Shown in pieces: positions 61,585 to 64,000 of a stretch of DNA of 64,000 bases; the stretch's first letter is position 1, and each line of letters begins with the position of its first letter. The position numbers were made by a program, and so were the translations under genes. The stretch is taken from positions 120,520,843-120,584,842 of the forward strand of contig NC_068981.1 of the NCBI RefSeq assembly GCF_001194135.2, given 5' to 3'. Origin of the DNA: Octopus bimaculoides. Lineage: Eukaryota. The notes under the pieces are model-generated. The model had not been told where the DNA came from and made no database searches. It saw nothing but the letters and a program-made list of their open reading frames with translations.

Positions 61585-63357
61585 AAGCAAATTTTTCACA
61601 CCAGAGCCAAATGAGCAGAAAGAAAGAAAGAAAAGAAAACAACAAGATGGTCATGGCTAGACAGCTTTTGATCATAGGTCTACTTGATAAGAATTGACAT
61701 GAGGTTAAACAACAACAATATCATCAACATCTTATCAACTTAACCAGCTGAAATTTTAGAAAGAGTATCAACTGTTAAGTTTGTTTTATTCTAACAATTT
61801 ATAAATGTCCAAAATTAACATTACTAAACAGCCATCTTGGAAGGTTTTGGAATAGTATTAACTGTGGCAGAAAATATCAATGCCAAAGATGCAATGTCTG
61901 CTACACACCATGCAGATAAATAGCGTGTTTGATACATCTGACTGGAACCAGACTTTCCTTAGAAGTCATTATATCACTGTTTCTTTCATCAAGTTCTTTA
62001 CACAAGAAAGTTCTCTTTTCAAATTTGTCTCTATCTGAAGCAACTATTTTAAAACACTTGTTAAGTATCAGAATGGTCCTGCTGATTAGACCAGTAAATT
62101 TGATCTAATCACAGTGGTTACTTCCAGCTGAGTGGATTGTACTATTTAAGAATTAAGTGTCTTGGTCATAAACAACATAGTACTGATGATGAGTTATCAA
62201 CACTTTACCAATGTAGGAGTCAATGAAGGGTACCTGACCTGCTAGAAACAGCAGCTGGCTACACATCACACCTTATCATCTCAAAAAAAAGGAAGGTAAC
62301 ATTGGACGATGTAGTCTTATCTTTTATTGGTTTCAGTCATCGGGTTGTGGCCATGTTGGGGCACCATCTGGAAGGGTTTAGTTGAACAAATTGCCTTCAG
62401 TACAATATTTTTTTGCAAAACCAAGTACTTATTCTATTGGTCTATGTGTGATGAACTGCCAATGCACAGGGATGTAAACAAACTAACACTGATTGTCAAG
62501 TGGTGGTGGGTGATAAACAAAGACACACATATATGTACACACACATACCTGTATATATATATATATATATATACATCCCTCTGCTAAGTGCCTCTGGTTC
62601 TTCTATACTGCTTTTGGCCTGAACAGCCATTCAGGCACAAGGACCCATCAAGATGAAGAGGCTTAATCACTTGCTACAGATTAACTACTTGGGAAACAAG
62701 TTAATGCTGATGATATATGAGACACACACACTCACATACATATGGTGCGATGGGTAAATTGTCACCATTTAGAATTTTTAATTTTGTTTTTGATTTTGTT
62801 GACTACACAGTATAGTAGGGTCAGCTTGGGCACTGTCTGTGAGAAAAACACCACCATGATGCAATTCACTCTGCCAGAAATTTGGAAACGACATGCTGTG
62901 CTACCTGGCATTCATGCCGGAAGCTCCAGTATGAAGATTTCAGAGTGTCTAGGTGTCAATATGAGGACACACATACACACAAAAGACAGGCTTCTTTCAG
63001 TTTCCATCTATCAAATCCATGGCAAGTGTGGAGGGTAACTCTCTAGTAGATGACACTTGCCCAAAGTTCCATGTAATGGGACTGAACCTAGAACCATGCG
63101 ATTAGAAAGCAAATTTTTCACACCAGAGCCAAATGAGCAGAAAGAAAGAAAGAAAAGAAAACAACAAGATGGTCATGGCTAGACAGCTTTTGATCATAGG
63201 TCTACTTGATAAGAATTGACATGAGGTTAAACAACAACAATATCATCAACATCTTATCAACTTAACCAGCTGAAATTTTAGAAAGAGTATCAACTGTTAA
63301 GTTTGTTTTATTCTAACAATTTATAAATGTCCAAAATTAACATTACTAAACAGCCAT
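61585..63357 (+). repeat. 251-bp identical direct duplication (61585-61835 / 63107-63357)
   Basis: No difference seen by eye. Confidence 0.9.
62743..62968 (+). mobile_element. maT (DD37D) 5'-end fragment
   Basis: TIR ggtgcgatgggtaaattgtcacc; MMQFTLPEIWKRHAVL...SECLGVN matches the N-terminus of 40756-41995. Confidence 0.85.
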
Positions 63358-63579
63358 AAACATATCAAAGTATCAATCAATAAACACATTTTACTGTTGC
63401 CTTCAACTGGAAACTTTTAGAAATGAAGGAAGTCTGAGCTATAAAATCATCATTGCTTTAGCATACACTTTTCCATGCTTGCCTGGGTCAGACAGAGTTC
63501 ATTGAGGCAAATGTTTTTACCAAGGCCAGATGACTTTTTTGTCATCATAACCAAGGTAATATTACCCCATGATTAGGGC

Positions 63580-63760
63580 AGCAAGCTGGCATGAATGCTT
63601 AGCAGCATTTTCTCCATCTTTATGTTCAGAGTTCAAATGCTGTGAGGTAAACTTTGCCTTTCATCCTTTTAGGGTTGATCAAATAAGTACCAGTTGAGCA
63701 CTGGGTCAATGTAATCGACTAGCCCACTTCCCACAAAATTTCAGGTTTTATGCCTAAAGA
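63580..63760 (+). mobile_element. Family-B SINE
   Basis: caagctggca...gagttcaaatgc...actttgcctttcatcctttt...aagtaccagttg. Confidence 0.75.
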
Positions 63761-64000
63761 AAAATTGGGCAGGCAAGACAGTTTTCCTTTGCCTGATGGC
63801 TGTGGCGAAAGAAGTTGTCATTCTTCTTAGGTAGAGGTCTCATTGACTACTTCAAGTTTCACTTGAAAAGGAAATTGAGGGTCGAAAGGGAAGTGCTGTC
63901 CTTAAGTGAGTCTAATGAAAGGTGAGTGAAAGTTGTGAAAATGGCAAGTGTGGATAGTAACTCTCTAAGTGTAGACCAGTGAGTCAGAGAAAGGGAATTG

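Noticed and set aside
61870-62055. 47-codon open frame on the minus strand after an aaatag acceptor
   Set aside because: No convincing donor or homology; length is within chance expectation.
921-63760. tRNA genes and CRISPR-like repeat arrays
   Set aside because: A/B-box heads continue into SINE bodies with no cloverleaf 3' end; repeats are dispersed, with no regular repeat-spacer array or cas genes.

Overview
AT-rich, gap-containing eukaryotic (animal) genomic DNA. The repeat families look like those of Octopus (coleoid cephalopod); I recognised them from memory, not from a database search. Six N-gaps total about 2.9 kb. There is no intact long ORF, CRISPR array, rRNA or true tRNA gene, and most ORF-track entries are microsatellite, gap or repeat artefacts. 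The window is dominated by three tRNA-headed SINE families, 5'-truncated RTE-clade LINE fragments and their 3' tails, Tc1/mariner fossils (a full-length DD37D/maT copy at 40756-41995 and a full-length DD34D mariner at 44511-45766), eight hAT MITEs with 8-bp TSDs, and abundant (TA)n/(TG)n/(GA)n tracts. The only host-gene signal is a pair of in-phase micro-exons at 8455-8618 (+), suggesting the window is mostly intron. The best lead for something undescribed is a set of asymmetric fold-back elements that sit inside (TA)n microsatellites. Their inverted arms match within a copy but differ between copies (33.7 kb vs 42.3 kb), with analogous hairpins at 59-61 kb. Nearby Penelope-like remnants carry degenerate minimal hammerhead ribozyme motifs. 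I cannot claim a new multi-gene system. Repeat boundaries are approximate unless fixed by a TSD or TIR.
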